A DNA stretch of 64,000 nt from Bispira polyomma (Eukaryota): the NCBI GenBank assembly GCA_965649765.1, contig OZ287749.1, positions 3,224,001 through 3,288,000 on the forward strand. The letters run 5' to 3'. The notes beneath the pieces are model-generated. The model ran no database searches and had not been told where the DNA came from. It worked only from the letters and a program-made list of their open reading frames with translations. The translations under genes were made by a program, and so were the position numbers. Every line of letters begins with the position of its first letter. Within the stretch, counting starts at the first letter, position 1. Of this stretch, positions 12,328 to 24,890 are shown in pieces.

Positions 12328-13234
12328 CTGCAATTAGATAGACCAATCTATTTCTAACATTGTGTCTTTTACTTTTACCCATTTGGGATTCGATACCAGT
12401 TCTAGTAACTTGTCATTATTGCTGGCCGTGATCTGCCACCTAGAGAGGAGATCAGCCACTGTATTAAGTCTACCTAAAATGTGAATGGTTTTGAGACTGA
12501 TATCATGGGAGGCTACGGTCATGAAGATGTTTCTGGCAATAGCTGCCAAAGTGAGGTCTTTAGTTTTGCCTGAATTGAGGATAGTGACCACGGCAGCATT
12601 GTCGCAGTGCAATATTAACCTCTTACCTGTCCACGCTGACTTCCATAGCCTAATGGCAACTAAGATGTTTAACACCTCCAGATGAACTATCGTGAAATCT
12701 AGATAACCTAGAGGAATTTGGAATTGGTATACTTCATCATTACAACGGCCTCCCAGACCTTGGAGGCACGCATCCAACTGAATACAATCGGTAGTGGGTT
12801 TGTGTTCAAAGAAGGCTTTTCCATTAAATGTTGGTAAAAATTTTTTAAACCAATTTACATCCTGATGAAACTCAGGTGTAAGTTTTACTTTTTGATCCGG
12901 GCCTACAGATCTTAGGACGTCAAGCATTCGGTTTAAGAAAGCACGTGAAACTCGAACACATTTGGATACATATAACAATTTACCTAGCAGTGACTGCAAC
13001 TCCCTCTTACTGCAGTAGTTTCTTAATTGCCAGTCTTGCACAAGTGTGTTTATTTCTAGTAGCTTTTCATCTGGCAATGAGATTGTCAAGTCATTTGTAT
13101 TAACTAACACCCCCAGACACGTTACTGACGTGCTGGGGTGAACAAGTTTTTTGTGACTAATTGCAAAGCCTAGTTCCTGGAGTAAGTTGAGCAATATATC
13201 AAATGAATGTTTACTTTCTATGACGTCACCATAG

Positions 13235-13628
13235 CCGATTACGTCGTCGATATAGTTGGTGACGTCATGTCCGTGACGTTTCATGATGTACCTGACGGCG
13301 TCACTTAATCGCTGAAAAATTGCGCTCCCGTGCCGAAAACCAAATGGGAGGCAAGAGTCGACGTAGTATTTGTCTAATTTTAAGCCTAATAGATTGTAAT
13401 CAGCTGGATCCATTTTTACGTGACGAAATGCCCGATTACGTCGTCGATATAGTTGGTGACGTCATGTCCGTGACGTTTCATGATGTACCTGACGGCGTCA
13501 CTTAATCGCTGAAAAATTGCGCTCCCGTGCCGAAAACCAAATGGGAGGCAAGAGTCGACGTAGTATTTGTCTAATTTTAAGCCTAATAGATTGTAATCAG
13601 CTGGATCCATTTTTACGTGACGAAATGC
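13235..13628. repeat. 197-bp tandem duplication inside RT
   Basis: 13235-13431 equals 13432-13628 by eye. The ORF track shows the duplicated peptide MDPADYNLL...YIDDVIG. Confidence 0.95.
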
Positions 13629-14965
13629 CCGACTTACGTCAATTTTATATAAGAGCGTTCCACGTCCCATACGACATATTTTGTTTGTGATTGTGTCAAT
13701 TGTAGGAAGGGTTAATGCAAACGCAGTACCGAGATACTTATCCTTGACTACAGCCGAATTCACAGAGTTGCCATGAGGAAAGCTTAAATCTATGATAACG
13801 CACCTGTGTGCGGCACCTGGCTTTTCCCTAGTCATAAAGGGAGAAATATGGAGGTTTTGTATGGGGGCCTTATGGAAAGGGCCCAACATGGCGCCTAACT
13901 CAGTCTCTTCTTTTAAATAAGCATGCACATCATCTGGAAATTGTGTTGCAGATGAATGATTCTGTTCTGTATGAGATAACTTGCTGTCAGGATTAAAATC
14001 GAGGGGAAAGCCATATCTTATCAAAAAGGGGAGTTGTTTATCCCAGTAGTCAGTCAAGTATTTTTCCCATACATCTGGGTTCAACTCAGATTTCAATTGA
14101 ACTTGTGTCCCCATATAATTTGGGTAGTTGTCCTGCTTAATCTGAGTGTGTAACTCTAACAGAGACTTATCCGACTTTACTCGTTTATCCGTTTGGGGAA
14201 CTTGGAGGTCATTTAGCGGAATAAACCCATACTTATCTGTAGTTTGAGTATCCCATTGCTGGAACTGAGGCTGGTTGCAAGCACGTTTTATAAGTTCCCT
14301 GTTTTTCGATTTAGTTTGTAGTTCTAGGTCATATTTGTCTGATTGTATTCCCCCAATACCTCGAGAGAGTATTTTAAGACCTTGACCTTGGTTACAAGTA
14401 TCTGTTAAATGTGTGAAAGAGTTGTCACTAGTGTCCATATAATGGTCATTGTCACTCAAAGGGGAAAACCTATTGTGAGTGGAAATGGGCCATTTGCCCT
14501 GAATGTCTAATTTTGTGATTTCCAGCTTTTGGCCCAATTGATCACCTTTTGTTGGAGGGGGTTTACCCATTTTTGACATTACATTATGCCTCTGTGCACT
14601 TGTAAAAGGGGAAGCACCTTTTGTGAAAGTTTTAACACTCACTCTGTGCCCCAGTTCATGTTTTGTGGACACTTCTGAAATCTGGTTGTTATTTAAACAT
14701 GGTGAACATTTAACATGGTGACTTAGACACCTCTGATTCACATTTGCACTTTGTACAGAAACCTTTATGGCAGCAGACCTGGAGGGAGCCTTTCTTTTAA
14801 CCACATCAGCATAAGATCTATTTACAAATGTGTGTCCAATGTGTACTGCCAGTATTACATTTAAGACTATTATACACAGTTCTAGTGGGAAAACCTTTAG
14901 AATTATTTACAACTTTTTGTGCAAGTTTTTTTCTGACCACCTCTTGTGTGGAAGAAACATAGGCT

Positions 14966-15000
14966 GGCACTGCATTACTGCAGTGCCTTACTCGTTTTTT
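14966..15000 (-). promoter_or_regulatory. Predicted -1 ribosomal frameshift signal (element A gag-pol)
   Basis: TTA AAA AAC GAG TAA followed by GGCACTGCA-GTAA-TGCAGTGCC: X XXY YYZ heptamer in the gag frame, 6-nt spacer, 9-bp stem. Confidence 0.8.
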
Positions 15001-15962
15001 AACGGATATTTTTTACAGTCTTTTGCAGGGTGGGGGTAAGACCTCCCATTTTGAAAGCATTGGTTACACACATGACTATATGACACACCTTTGAATTCGT
15101 GATCCCCTTTTTGGGGGCAAGTACCCTTCTGGAAGTACCTACATGGGATGGACTTCTCATGAATTTTCCTGGTGTTGGTTTGATGATTACTATGTGCAGT
15201 CTGGATGACAACCCTTTGGGCATGAGCCCGTCTAATCCTGTCCAACTTGTGGGCATCTCCCCAGGTTACCTTACCCTCTTCCAATTTATATAGTACAACG
15301 GCATGGCTAGCCTTAGCCGAGGGCCAGGAAAAGTCATGAGCGTCCTCCATGAGGTCAGTGAGATACTCCAACATTTGGTTCTTAACGTCTAAACTACTTT
15401 CATCTCTAGCTATACTGGCAAAACCAGAGACCCACTGGGCCATGGACAACGCGTCATACGTAACTCGTGTTTTGTTTTGTCCCCCTAGTATAACGTTCTG
15501 AGGCCAAGCCACCTTATTCTTCACCCACAGAGTGTCGGGACCCCCTCTTTGAGATTTTGACGTACCTGATTCATTAATGGCCACCAATTCCTTAAGACGT
15601 GAATCCACTGCAGTCTGTAGGGAGTCGGATGAACGTAGTGTCTGTAGCGTCGGGACCAGTAGCTCAGAAGTGGTTTGCTCCGCCTGTCTAGGTTGGGCTG
15701 CACTCCCCGGGCTCGACGCCGGCAAAGCCTGGGCTCCATGTGAACTGCGATAAACTTGCTGCTCAACTTGGGTCATACGCCCACTTAATGCTTTGAGTTC
15801 AGTCAAAATTTGTAGGTTAACGTCGGCAGCAGTTACACCATCGCTAGCCACAGAGTTCTGCTTGGAAGTTCCCACACTGGTATATAATTTACAGTTTTCA
15901 TCAATGGGTTTAATATGACTAGTTTCACACTTGTGACAGTAGTATTGTTTCCTTGGGGCCAT
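14988..15962 (-). CDS. Element A gag-like protein (324 aa)
   Basis: N-terminal CxxC-x3-H-x7-C knuckle, coiled-coil region, KSQRGG..WPQ..YD.L..QWV.GF core, and C-terminal CRYFQKGTC..H..HVCNQC..HPAKDC zinc fingers. Homologous to the gag of D and E. Confidence 0.88.
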   Translation of the reverse strand: MAPRKQYYCHKCETSHIKPIDENCKLYTSVGTSKQNSVASDGVTAADVNLQILTELKALSGRMTQVEQQVYRSSHGAQALPASSPGSAAQPRQAEQTTSELLVPTLQTLRSSDSLQTAVDSRLKELVAINESGTSKSQRGGPDTLWVKNKVAWPQNVILGGQNKTRVTYDALSMAQWVSGFASIARDESSLDVKNQMLEYLTDLMEDAHDFSWPSAKASHAVVLYKLEEGKVTWGDAHKLDRIRRAHAQRVVIQTAHSNHQTNTRKIHEKSIPCRYFQKGTCPQKGDHEFKGVSYSHVCNQCFQNGRSYPHPAKDCKKYPLKNE

Positions 15963-17359
15963 AGCCTCTGAATAATATAAGAATTCGTATCTTTGATACC
16001 TGCAACTATACTAAAGGAACTGTAGCGCGATAATCTGAATTAAATTATATGTAATCAGGCAAATAGCCGTGAATTTGATGCAATATAATTGATTTGACCA
16101 CGTTCCTTTACCACCGCTCAAACGAGCATATAATCGCAAGACTCAAAGTAGAGTAAAACACAGGAATCCAGCAAAAACACTGCAGATCAGTTCCTCCTTA
16201 GTGTGTAGCACAACTTAGTGAATCATTTGTTGCATTTCTTGTTTCCATAACACAAATAGTAAAATCAGTGAAGTAAAAATAAAACACATAAAAATATTAA
16301 AGATGGCGTTGTTGCCTAAATGACTTCAATAGTATAAGTGAGGATTCTAGCTAAAAAGCGGGAAAACAGAGGTTAATTAGTACACAAGTGACCAATAAGG
16401 AAGGGGTTCATAGGGCATGAACCCAGGGTAGAAAATACTAGTAGCACTGAACTTGCTATCCCCTACGGCGCTACCCCGCATAGACATATAGTAATATGTA
16501 AAAGTATAATATCTCAAACATTATTTGGCTGTGTTACACCCTGTGATCTACCTTACTTTACAAAACACATTGACTGTGCACAGCTGGACCTCCACAGGGG
16601 ACTGCTGGATAAGTCCATCAAATTGTTACACCCTCCCTTAATATTTTCGTTTAAACTGTCATATATTCGTCTGTCCATGACATTCATTTTTAATCAGATT
16701 GGCCTGTTCAATCACATGTTCAATCACCTGTTGTTGGTAACCATTCAATTTACTGTTTTCCATGCATCTCAAAACGTGGGTATTTTAAGATATGGTGTAA
16801 ATGTCTGACTAGGGACTTGAGAAGACAGATATATAAAGACGTGAGAGTTTATATTTAGGCTAACTTGAACATGATATTTGGGGAGAGTTGTTACCACTGG
16901 TAGAAGGACAAATACTGCTCTGCATGTTAACAAGCAGCTCGAAGAGTGTCTGTAAATTTGATGTGACAATCAGTTGTACTTACAGGTTACTATTGTCAAT
17001 AAGCAGGGCGTACTTTGCACTCGATAATTGTCCAAATGGATTTATTTTATATTCAATCTTAGTTGTTTTTGCCATTAAAATGCAAACACCAAGTCATGTT
17101 ATTGTACTACACTCACAGTGTGGTAGACTGTGTGTCCTATAGTGTCATAGTTAGACATGTTTGACTGGAGTGTCAGTGGGTTCACAGTGAGATTCATCTG
17201 CATGAACATGGTCAGAAATTGACAAAGAGAGCCTACAGTGTTTCCAATTGGCCTGGTCTATTTAAGATTAATATTTGACCTTTACCCTAATTATTGAGAA
17301 ATCACTGAGCAGAAGAGTGATAACATAATTTTGTGGTGAATTTAGGACAGTGTCTAGAC

Positions 17360-17590
17360 TTAGCCATGTTGTGAGTACCGCCCCTGACGTACAGAACTAG
17401 GTGTAATCCATACTATTGCACAGCGTGACACTGAAGCGGAGAGGTCTAACATCAACGACATAACAGAACCCTGTGGGACACTGAATAAGAGATCAAAAGG
17501 AAATGGCTTGGCTCCAGTGAGCCTGATGATTTGACCATGACCGTCTAGATCAGACTCAATCCATTGATAGACAAACCAAGAATTAAGACA
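17360..17590 (-). pseudogene. L2/CR1 RT fragment
   Basis: PFDLLFSVPQGSVM matches the RT GVPQGSVLGP motif; degraded. Confidence 0.6.
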
Positions 17591-18824
17591 TTTATAAAGA
17601 TCCTTTGCAAGCCAAATACATTTTACATGACACAGAGTTTTTTTAATTATCACCAGAGAGTAAGGTAATACCTAATGAAAAATTTAACCTTATGGAGACA
17701 CAGAAGGCATTTTGTTCTTGGTAATTTTATATTCACAAAAGACAAACCACAAAACATCACCTGCTCCCGCAAGAATGTGAACCTGATCAGGACAAAGTAT
17801 TGAAATAGAACAACTAAAAATAGAAGCACCGCTTATGTAATTAGATTCAGTCTGTAATTTGATAGTCGTCTATAATACTTTTTATGTTCTATTAAATCAG
17901 TGGGGATATGGCAATGTCCTAAGAAGAACAGTGAGGACAGTGATCTTATCTTTACAGGTTGTTAACCCAACCCAAGAAATCATGATATCTAAAACAGTAA
18001 ATAGTAGGTGGATGTGGTTTAAGGTTTTGCTAAGAAAACATGCAAAACCATAGCATTAAAACCAGAAAAAAACATACACTGCTTTCATATTAAGGCCTTA
18101 ATATTTAAATTAGAGATTTTACTTAATGATGAGTGAAAATAAAAAATAAGGGACGAACAGAATAACAGCTGAAGTTGAATTTTATATATATTAAGTTTCG
18201 GAAAACTATTATACAAAACAAGGCACAAAATTGCAACAACAAATAATGATAATATATATATATATATGATCAAATACACCCTTCACAAACGTAACACAAA
18301 GCATATACAAAGAAGGAATTGTGATAAGAATATTGCACACTACCAGGTAAAGAAATCACTTTACTTGCATTATTTTGTTAATGGAATTCTGACAATTTTA
18401 AGAAATGAACATTGAATTATATCCATGTTGACCATAAATTAGGTAAATATATTTGACAAAAAATAAATCATTAATAATAATATATATATTCTCTAAAATA
18501 GTGTATATAATACACGTTTTATTACCCACCTCCTTACTTATACGGAGCATACAGAAGAGTTACAGACAGAAGCATATTTTCTTTTATTATGCATGTTAAA
18601 AGTTTATTAGTGACGGGAATTTGCAAGATTTTGGTAGCAACTATAAACTCATTTTTCCACTGCAGCGGTGACGTCATATGTCTGAGAAGTATTGTACACC
18701 ATTTCAACAGTAGCAAACTACAAAATAATCCATAAACTGTTTAAAACTTTCACATATATAAATGTTATTGTATACAAAACTCGATTTTAAGCGTAACATA
18801 AGTATAAATTTGAAACAAATTCTT

Positions 18825-20712
18825 AAGGTTTCTGATAAATCACTAGCTGATAAGTTTGCTTCCTTTTTTTCGGACAAAATTAAGAGAATTAGAGATACTT
18901 TTGTTGTCTCTGGAACTAAAATTGATGTTCATCCTCTTTCTGATCCCCCAGAAATTACTGCCTTTACCAGAGTCTCTGAAGATGATGTTAGTAAAATAAT
19001 AAGTAACTCGCCTACAAAATCCTGCCTGTTGGATCCATGGCCAACATCTCTTATTAAAGAATGTAGTGATATATTACTACCATCCATTACAAAACTTGTA
19101 AATTGCTCACTCACGGAGGGACATGTACCTGATGGTTTTAAAACAGCTGTGGTTACTCCTGTTATTAAGAAGGCTTCTCTTCCGGTTGATGACCTGAAGA
19201 ATTATCGCCCTGTATCTGGTCTTAGTTTCATATCAAAACTGGTTGAACGCGTGGTTGCTAGGCAACTGTTAGATCACATCTTTGTCTACGACTTAGACAA
19301 CCCATACCAGTCTGCGTATAAAACTGGTCATTCGACTGAGACAGCTCTTCTGTCTGTAAAAAAAAGTTCACCTATCTTTGTCAAGAGAGGAACCTACTGC
19401 CCTGGTATTGCTCGATCTCTCTGCTGCCTTTGACACCATTGATCATTCCACGCTTCTCAGTTGTCTTCAGACTTGGTTTGGAGTTACGGGCTCTGTTCTT
19501 AAATGGTTCACTTCCAACTTAACTGATCGTTATCAGTCGATAAAAATTGGCTCTACTCTGTCCGATCTTTGTAAACTCTTCTTTGGTGTCCCTCAAGGTT
19601 CTGTTTTGGGCCCTCTGTTGTTCTCATTATATACTGCTCCTCTCAGATTGGTTATTGGCAAATACACAGGAATAAAGTTTCATTTATATGCAGATGACAC
19701 CCAAATATATGTGCACCTATCCAATAGAAATACATCTACTGCCTTTGAACAGTTGAACAGGTGCCTTGATGATGTAAAAGAGTGGATGTCAACTGGCAAA
19801 CTCAAACTTAATCCCGACAAGACTGAGTTCATAATCTTTGGCTCCAAACAACAGAGGGATAAGTTGAAAGCATTGTTTCCAGTTGACATCCTGGGTAGCC
19901 CTTTCAGTCCAGCTGATTCTGTCAAGAACCTGGGTGTATGGTTTGACTCTGACTTTTCTTTCTCTAAACACTTTCAGAGTGTCTGCAAAAGCTGTTTCAT
20001 GCAACTCCGTGACTTTAGACGTGTCAGACGGTTTCTCACTTATGATGCTTCTATACTTGTGGTCAATGCCGTTGTCAATAGTAGACTGGATTACTGCAAT
20101 TCACTTTTCAGGAGTCTCTCAAAGTTTAATTTACGCAAATTGCAATGCATTCAAAATAGTGCAGCTAGAATTGTGTCAAACACCAGTCGATATACCAGTA
20201 TAACTCCTGTTCTTAAGAAATTGCATTGGCTCCCTGTTGAACAGCGTTCAGTGTTTAAGACAGCTACACTTGTTTATAAGATTCTTCACACTGGGTTTCC
20301 AAAGTATTTTGCCCCATATCTTTCCACTTACAGTAGTTCCTACAATACCAGACGTAGCCAGAGTGGTAGTAATTTCCTTGTTGTTCCAAAGTTTCACCCA
20401 TCTACTCAAAAGTCAGTTAAACAGTTTGGTCACAGCTTTGCTTTTGATGCTTCCATTGTTTGGAATGGTCTTCCTGATGTGATTCGTGCTTCCCCCTCAC
20501 TAGCCTGTTTTAGAAAGAAGCTTAAAACCCACTTGTACACTAAAGCATATCCACCTTAGTCTCAATCATCCCCTGGCATGCTCTATGTTGCTGACCCTTT
20601 TTCTGTCCCTTGATTTCGGAAATTGGATAACTGTCTTTTGTGCTGGTGCACCTTAGAGTCCCCCTTTTTTTTTTAAGGGAAGATTAAGCGCAATAAAAGT
20701 CTAATTACAATT
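18825..20712 (+). mobile_element. 5'-truncated L2/CR1-group LINE, relatively young, one frameshift near 19360
   Basis: KSCLLDP, NYRPVS, QSAYK.GHSTETAL, LDLSAAFDT, GVPQGSVLGP, YADDTQ, LNPDKTE, SRLDYCNSL, LHWLP, LKTHLY; L2-type 3' tail gcaccttagag..gattaagcgcaataaaagt. Confidence 0.95.
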
Positions 20713-20789
20713 AAGGTGACAAGTCAGTCCCTATCTTTGTGTTATATTTTACATATAGGAGCATAATAATTACATTTATAGGTGGATAA

Positions 20790-20940
20790 AAAAAGTAAAA
20801 TAACCCTCGTGCCGCATATTTTTAAATTTTACCACTAGAGAAGACACACCATCCTTGTCCTTACTCAGATGGGATTGGGTTGTCTTCTCACATGGTAAAA
20901 TTAAAAAATTTGAGTCGCTTGGGTAATTTTTTTTTTTTAT
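20790..20940. repeat. ~150-bp foldback (MITE-like) inverted repeat
   Basis: aaataaccc..ttttaaattttacca..gagaagaca..atcc pairs with ggat..tgtcttctc..tggtaaaattaaaaa..gggtaattt. Confidence 0.7.
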
Positions 20941-21269
20941 GTTACAATAGAAATACTTCTCTGCCAGATTTCTTTACAAATATGATATTCTACATACATT
21001 TTTAAATTGTACCACGCTGCGGCTGTTTGAAATATTGTTCAGCTTATTAACAAATTTTCCGCAACCAACAAATAAATCAAAATTAAAGTACTTCTTGAGG
21101 CTAGTATAGTTTGATATTAACTAAATATAATCAGTCATAACCTTTCGACAAGATGTTACTAAACTCATTAATTATATTTCAATAATGGTGCAAAATGGAT
21201 ATCTGATAAATAACGTACTTGTGCTACTTCTGGAACACAAAGCTTGATTCTATGCAAGCCTTTTTGATT

Positions 21270-21445
21270 TTGAATTTAGTTGGGTTCTGCATTGCTGTCA
21301 ACAATGCCAGATTCAATGGTTGAAGAAAGCAGTGCTAAAAACCTACAACCTACGCAAGTACCTGGCAAACTTCCCCACATGAAGGAACAAACAGGATTCG
21401 AACCCACTTTGATGAGCAGACGCTTCTAACCACTGAACCACAGCA
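21270..21445 (-). mobile_element. tRNA-derived SINE
   Basis: Minus strand has an A box TGGTTCAGTGG and a B box GGTTCGAATCC. Related tail fragments occur at ~23005-23070 and ~25520-25600, and a further head fragment at ~21765-21800. Confidence 0.7.
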
Positions 21446-23353
21446 GTACATTATCTGCAAATAACAACATACATAGCAAATAAAAGGCACGATTCCTCAC
21501 TCTATTACATTGAACAGATGTATACTGAGATTCAAGATAATAATACTGATGGTTATGATGCAATGTCTACATACCAAAATTCTGTACAAAATCTACAAAA
21601 TGCTCCTTAGGTTCTTTGTCCTTATAAAACAATATTTTTTCTGATTTTAATATGTGATCAATTGTGTGTCTTCTAGGTCTGATTTGTTTTGAATATCTAC
21701 GATTATATTATATAGTCTATGATTAAGAAGATCATCAAAGGATTTCCTTTATTGATAGGCCAGTGACTATAAAACTAACACTTCTAACCACTAGACCACT
21801 TAAGACAGATAGTTGTTCACACAAGAGCCATATATAATGACAGTGTCCCATAGCATAGGGACTGATGATGTTTGATCAGGCAGGGAAACTTTGAGGAGTA
21901 TGTTAATATAAATTTGATCATAGACTATATATTCCACTACACTACGATGGTATCTGGATCGGTGCCGATGAACATTTTGGGAAAATGGTGAATTTCAAAG
22001 AGATTATTGATGATTTAAGCACTGTTAAAAACCTGTTAGCCCTCCTACCTTGCTACTCATGTCTTCATGAGTCACATTCCTCTGTCAAACCTACCAAGAG
22101 GGCGAGATCTAGAGCTGTTACAATTGCTGCCACTGTGTTTAGATCGCTAGAAACACTTCCTTTGTTCTGGAAAAAGGTTCAAACCTATCTCGTCTAACTT
22201 CCTTACCCCCTTAGTTTCTTCTTTCCACATCCTTCATTACGACCGTGCTATGTTTTTGGATTTTTCTTCTGGTAAATTCATTCTGTTGTTGCACTTTACA
22301 TAAGGCTCATTAAAATGCCAAACACAATACAATTAAAATGCTGAATTTCAGATATGGCAATCTCATTACAACTCCTGGATGCAATTGCACATTTGGCAGT
22401 AGTCATTTGTTTATATTATCTGGAAATTAGTAGTAATCAGCTAGTATGACAGCTTTAAGTACGTCTGTTCCATTTGCTTCAAATAACTGCAAATTGTATG
22501 AATTACCTATTGTGGCAGCTGCAATTTTGTAAAAAATGTCTTTTCCCAATTGAAATTTGATATGCGGAAGAAAAAGTAATGAATAATTTAGTGACATTTT
22601 AAGGTCAGTAGGTGTCAATTATACTAAAGTCCATAATCCTGCTTTTTTAAATGGGTGAATACTGAGTACTTTCAGGTATTCAATTTAACAGAGCCTTTAT
22701 GTATTTGTGACTTGAAGACATTTAATAGATTTGTTTCTGTTTAATGTCACTTCCAACTGTCACTGGTGGTAGAAATCAGAACGGTGTAGTTGGTTAAGGT
22801 TTTCTGCTCTCCAAACTACCAGTTTTCAGCAAGTCTACTGCCAAACAATTAAATAAACTAATAGACATTTAAAAGCCAATGAGTGGGTTTTGGATAAAAA
22901 CCCCAGTAAAGGAAATTATTTCAGACTTAAAAACTACATCAACAGTATTTATAAGTGGGTATTGTATTTGCTACATCTGCGTATCTGAATTTGAATTGGA
23001 CTATAATTTGGTTTTATGTTGCTTTCAACAGCTCAAGTCACATTACTATGGCAAGATTCAATGATGGATAAAGAATTGGTAAAGGAATTTATAAAAGCTG
23101 CAAACTGGCGTTGACAGGAACCCATTACGTTGTGTCCTGCAAACAAAAGCTCAGCAGTCTGAATAGCAAAAACAATAGTATACCATGTTGAGTAAAATTT
23201 CAAAACCTTGGTTTTATCAGAACCATCTTGAAAATTTGAAATCAAATTTCTATAGCACCTAATATCCATTAAAGTGGGTTCTAAGGTGCATTCATCACAA
23301 TCATATTCCTGTCTTATGACGTCCTTTAACAGAAGGTTAGATTCGCCATATTG

Positions 23354-23678
23354 AATATGTAACTCAGAAGGAATAGCTTTGGCAAACAAGTATGTCTTTA
23401 ATATGTAACTCAGAAGGAATAGCTTTGGCAAACAAGTATGTCTTTAATATGTAACTCAGAAGGAATAGCTTTGGCAAACAAGTATGTCTTTAATATGTAA
23501 CTCAGAAGGAATAGCTTTGGCAAACAAGTATGTCTTTAATATGTAACTCAGAAGGAATAGCTTTGGCAAACAAGTTTGTCTTTAATATGTAACTCAGAAG
23601 GAATAGCTTTGGTAAACAAGTATGTCTTTAATATGTAACTCAGAAGGAATAGCTTTGGCAAACAAGTATGTCTTTAAT
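23354..23678. repeat. 46-bp minisatellite x7 derived from an L2 ORF2 C-terminus
   Basis: Unit aatatgtaactcagaaggaatagctttggcaaacaagtatgtcttt, nearly identical copies. The minus strand plus flank reads APTLSSLRSKLKTYLFAKAIP. Confidence 0.92.
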
Positions 23679-24669
23679 TTGCTTCTCAAAGATGACAAAG
23701 TAGGAGCAACAATAATTACTTGTAGCAAACTGCATTTATGCATTTCACAACACATTTTTTAGATTTATTCTCACAACAAACCAGTATGCAAAGGGGAGTT
23801 AAAAGAAAACCACTTATGTGATGTATACTTGTTTTGAATTAAAGACAACATGTCAACCCATTGTTATATACAACAAACTTTGATGCTATTTGGTTTGATC
23901 GTTATCCGTTAAAATCATAATACTTTGAATTACCCAGGTAAGTTTCTTGTTGCTATATCTGTTTTTTTAGTTTTAATTTCCATCATGTATAATTAATTGA
24001 AATCATATGTGAAACACTGACTTTGAGGTTTTTCATTTAAATTTCAGTGGCCATTGACCTTAATGGTAATGTGATATTTGGCTGGTAACTAGGTAACGTG
24101 TTTTGGCGATAATTGTCTGAAGACAACGTACATAAAAATTGATAGGAAGGGGTTTCTTTTTCAGTCAGTTGTGAACAAAACAAGTTAAATTAGGTCTTTT
24201 ACAACAGGGAAAATGCAATTGTTGTGACTATGGTATTGACTTCTGTGGGGTAGTCTAGATAGTACTGCTAGGAAAGGTTTAATAAGGGTTCGTGGTAATA
24301 ACAGTACTGACCTGTGTTGACAAAAATCTCAAACCACTGCCACATTTAGTTTACAGAATTTATACATTGCACAAAATATGTGTTTCCCTGTGATGTGCAT
24401 CACATCATTTTAGAATCCAGTTTAAATGTCACAAAAAGGAATTGTAACATGTACATAAAGCATCAATATGGGCAAACTTGAAAAGTTTCAATGAAGTTAT
24501 TTATATTTTTATACTTGCTTTCCCTTTTAAGGTATGTTTGATCAAAATAATATTATGTTGCTTTCTTTATCCCGAAGAAAAGTACAGGCATCACTCAAAC
24601 AGCTGCCATTTACACAATGAGCTATTTTTAAGTTTTTTTAATTGGGATATATAACATCCACTCTAGTAC

Positions 24670-24890
24670 CTATTTAGGTTATATTGGGACAGGTAGTTGG
24701 GAATGCTGGAGGAAACACTGAATACAGTTGATCAAGATTCTGCACTGAAACCAGAGGCCCACAGTAAGGAACTACCACCTTTCCCACATAGGCATCAATG
24801 GGAGTTGATCCTATGCCAGTCGATCCCAGAGGTGAGAGACCAGTGATTGTGAAGCGCAATGCTCATTAACCACTAGACCACTGCGGCACC
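24670..24890 (-). mobile_element. tRNA-derived SINE
   Basis: A box GTGGTCTAGTGG and degenerate B box; body GTGGGAAAG..GTAG..CTTGATCAACTGTAT is similar to the copy at ~40350-40430. Confidence 0.65.

Larger units (their letters stand above)
12334..15000 (-). pseudogene. Element A pol (RT + RNase H), broken by a 197-bp tandem duplication and a probable 1-nt indel near 14840-14865
   Basis: HISPFMTR, IIDLSFP, KIDVSRAFR, LPFG, YIDD, LGV, LLGKL; RNase H LDAC..HLE..CDN..ADLLSR. Removing the duplication fuses the two tracked ORFs into one 758-codon frame from 14804. Confidence 0.93.
12328..15565 (-). other. Predicted phase-1 intron joining gag N-terminus to YR (element A)
   Basis: Donor TCAG|GTACGT at 15566/15565; acceptor TAATTGCAG|AT at 12328/12327. 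The spliced frame reads ...AINES-D-VPSKLRK... and is 461 codons to the natural stop. Confidence 0.72.
10779..16486 (-). mobile_element. Element A: near-complete DIRS-order (Ngaro-like) YR retrotransposon, gag / RT-RNaseH / YR
   Basis: Three ORF blocks listed below. No protease, DDE integrase or methyltransferase seen. Ends are tentative, inferred from a split sub-terminal inverted repeat and an ACA at both sides. Confidence 0.93.

Noticed and set aside
11342-12382. Phage integrase, prophage or bacterial contamination
   Set aside because: Each YR directly follows RT-RNase H in DIRS-order layout, among LINEs, SINEs and spliceosomal-type signals.
12328-12382. ATG at 12382 as the true YR start (ORF track)
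   Set aside because: It lies in an alternate frame of the pol C-terminus and is not conserved in B-E; YR homology starts at the acceptor.
21390-21445. tRNA gene
   Set aside because: A and B boxes are present but there is no complete cloverleaf, and it is attached to a repeated body and tail, so it is a SINE.
23354-23678. CRISPR-like array
   Set aside because: Units are contiguous and near-identical with no unique spacers; eukaryotic context, no cas genes; derived from an L2 end.
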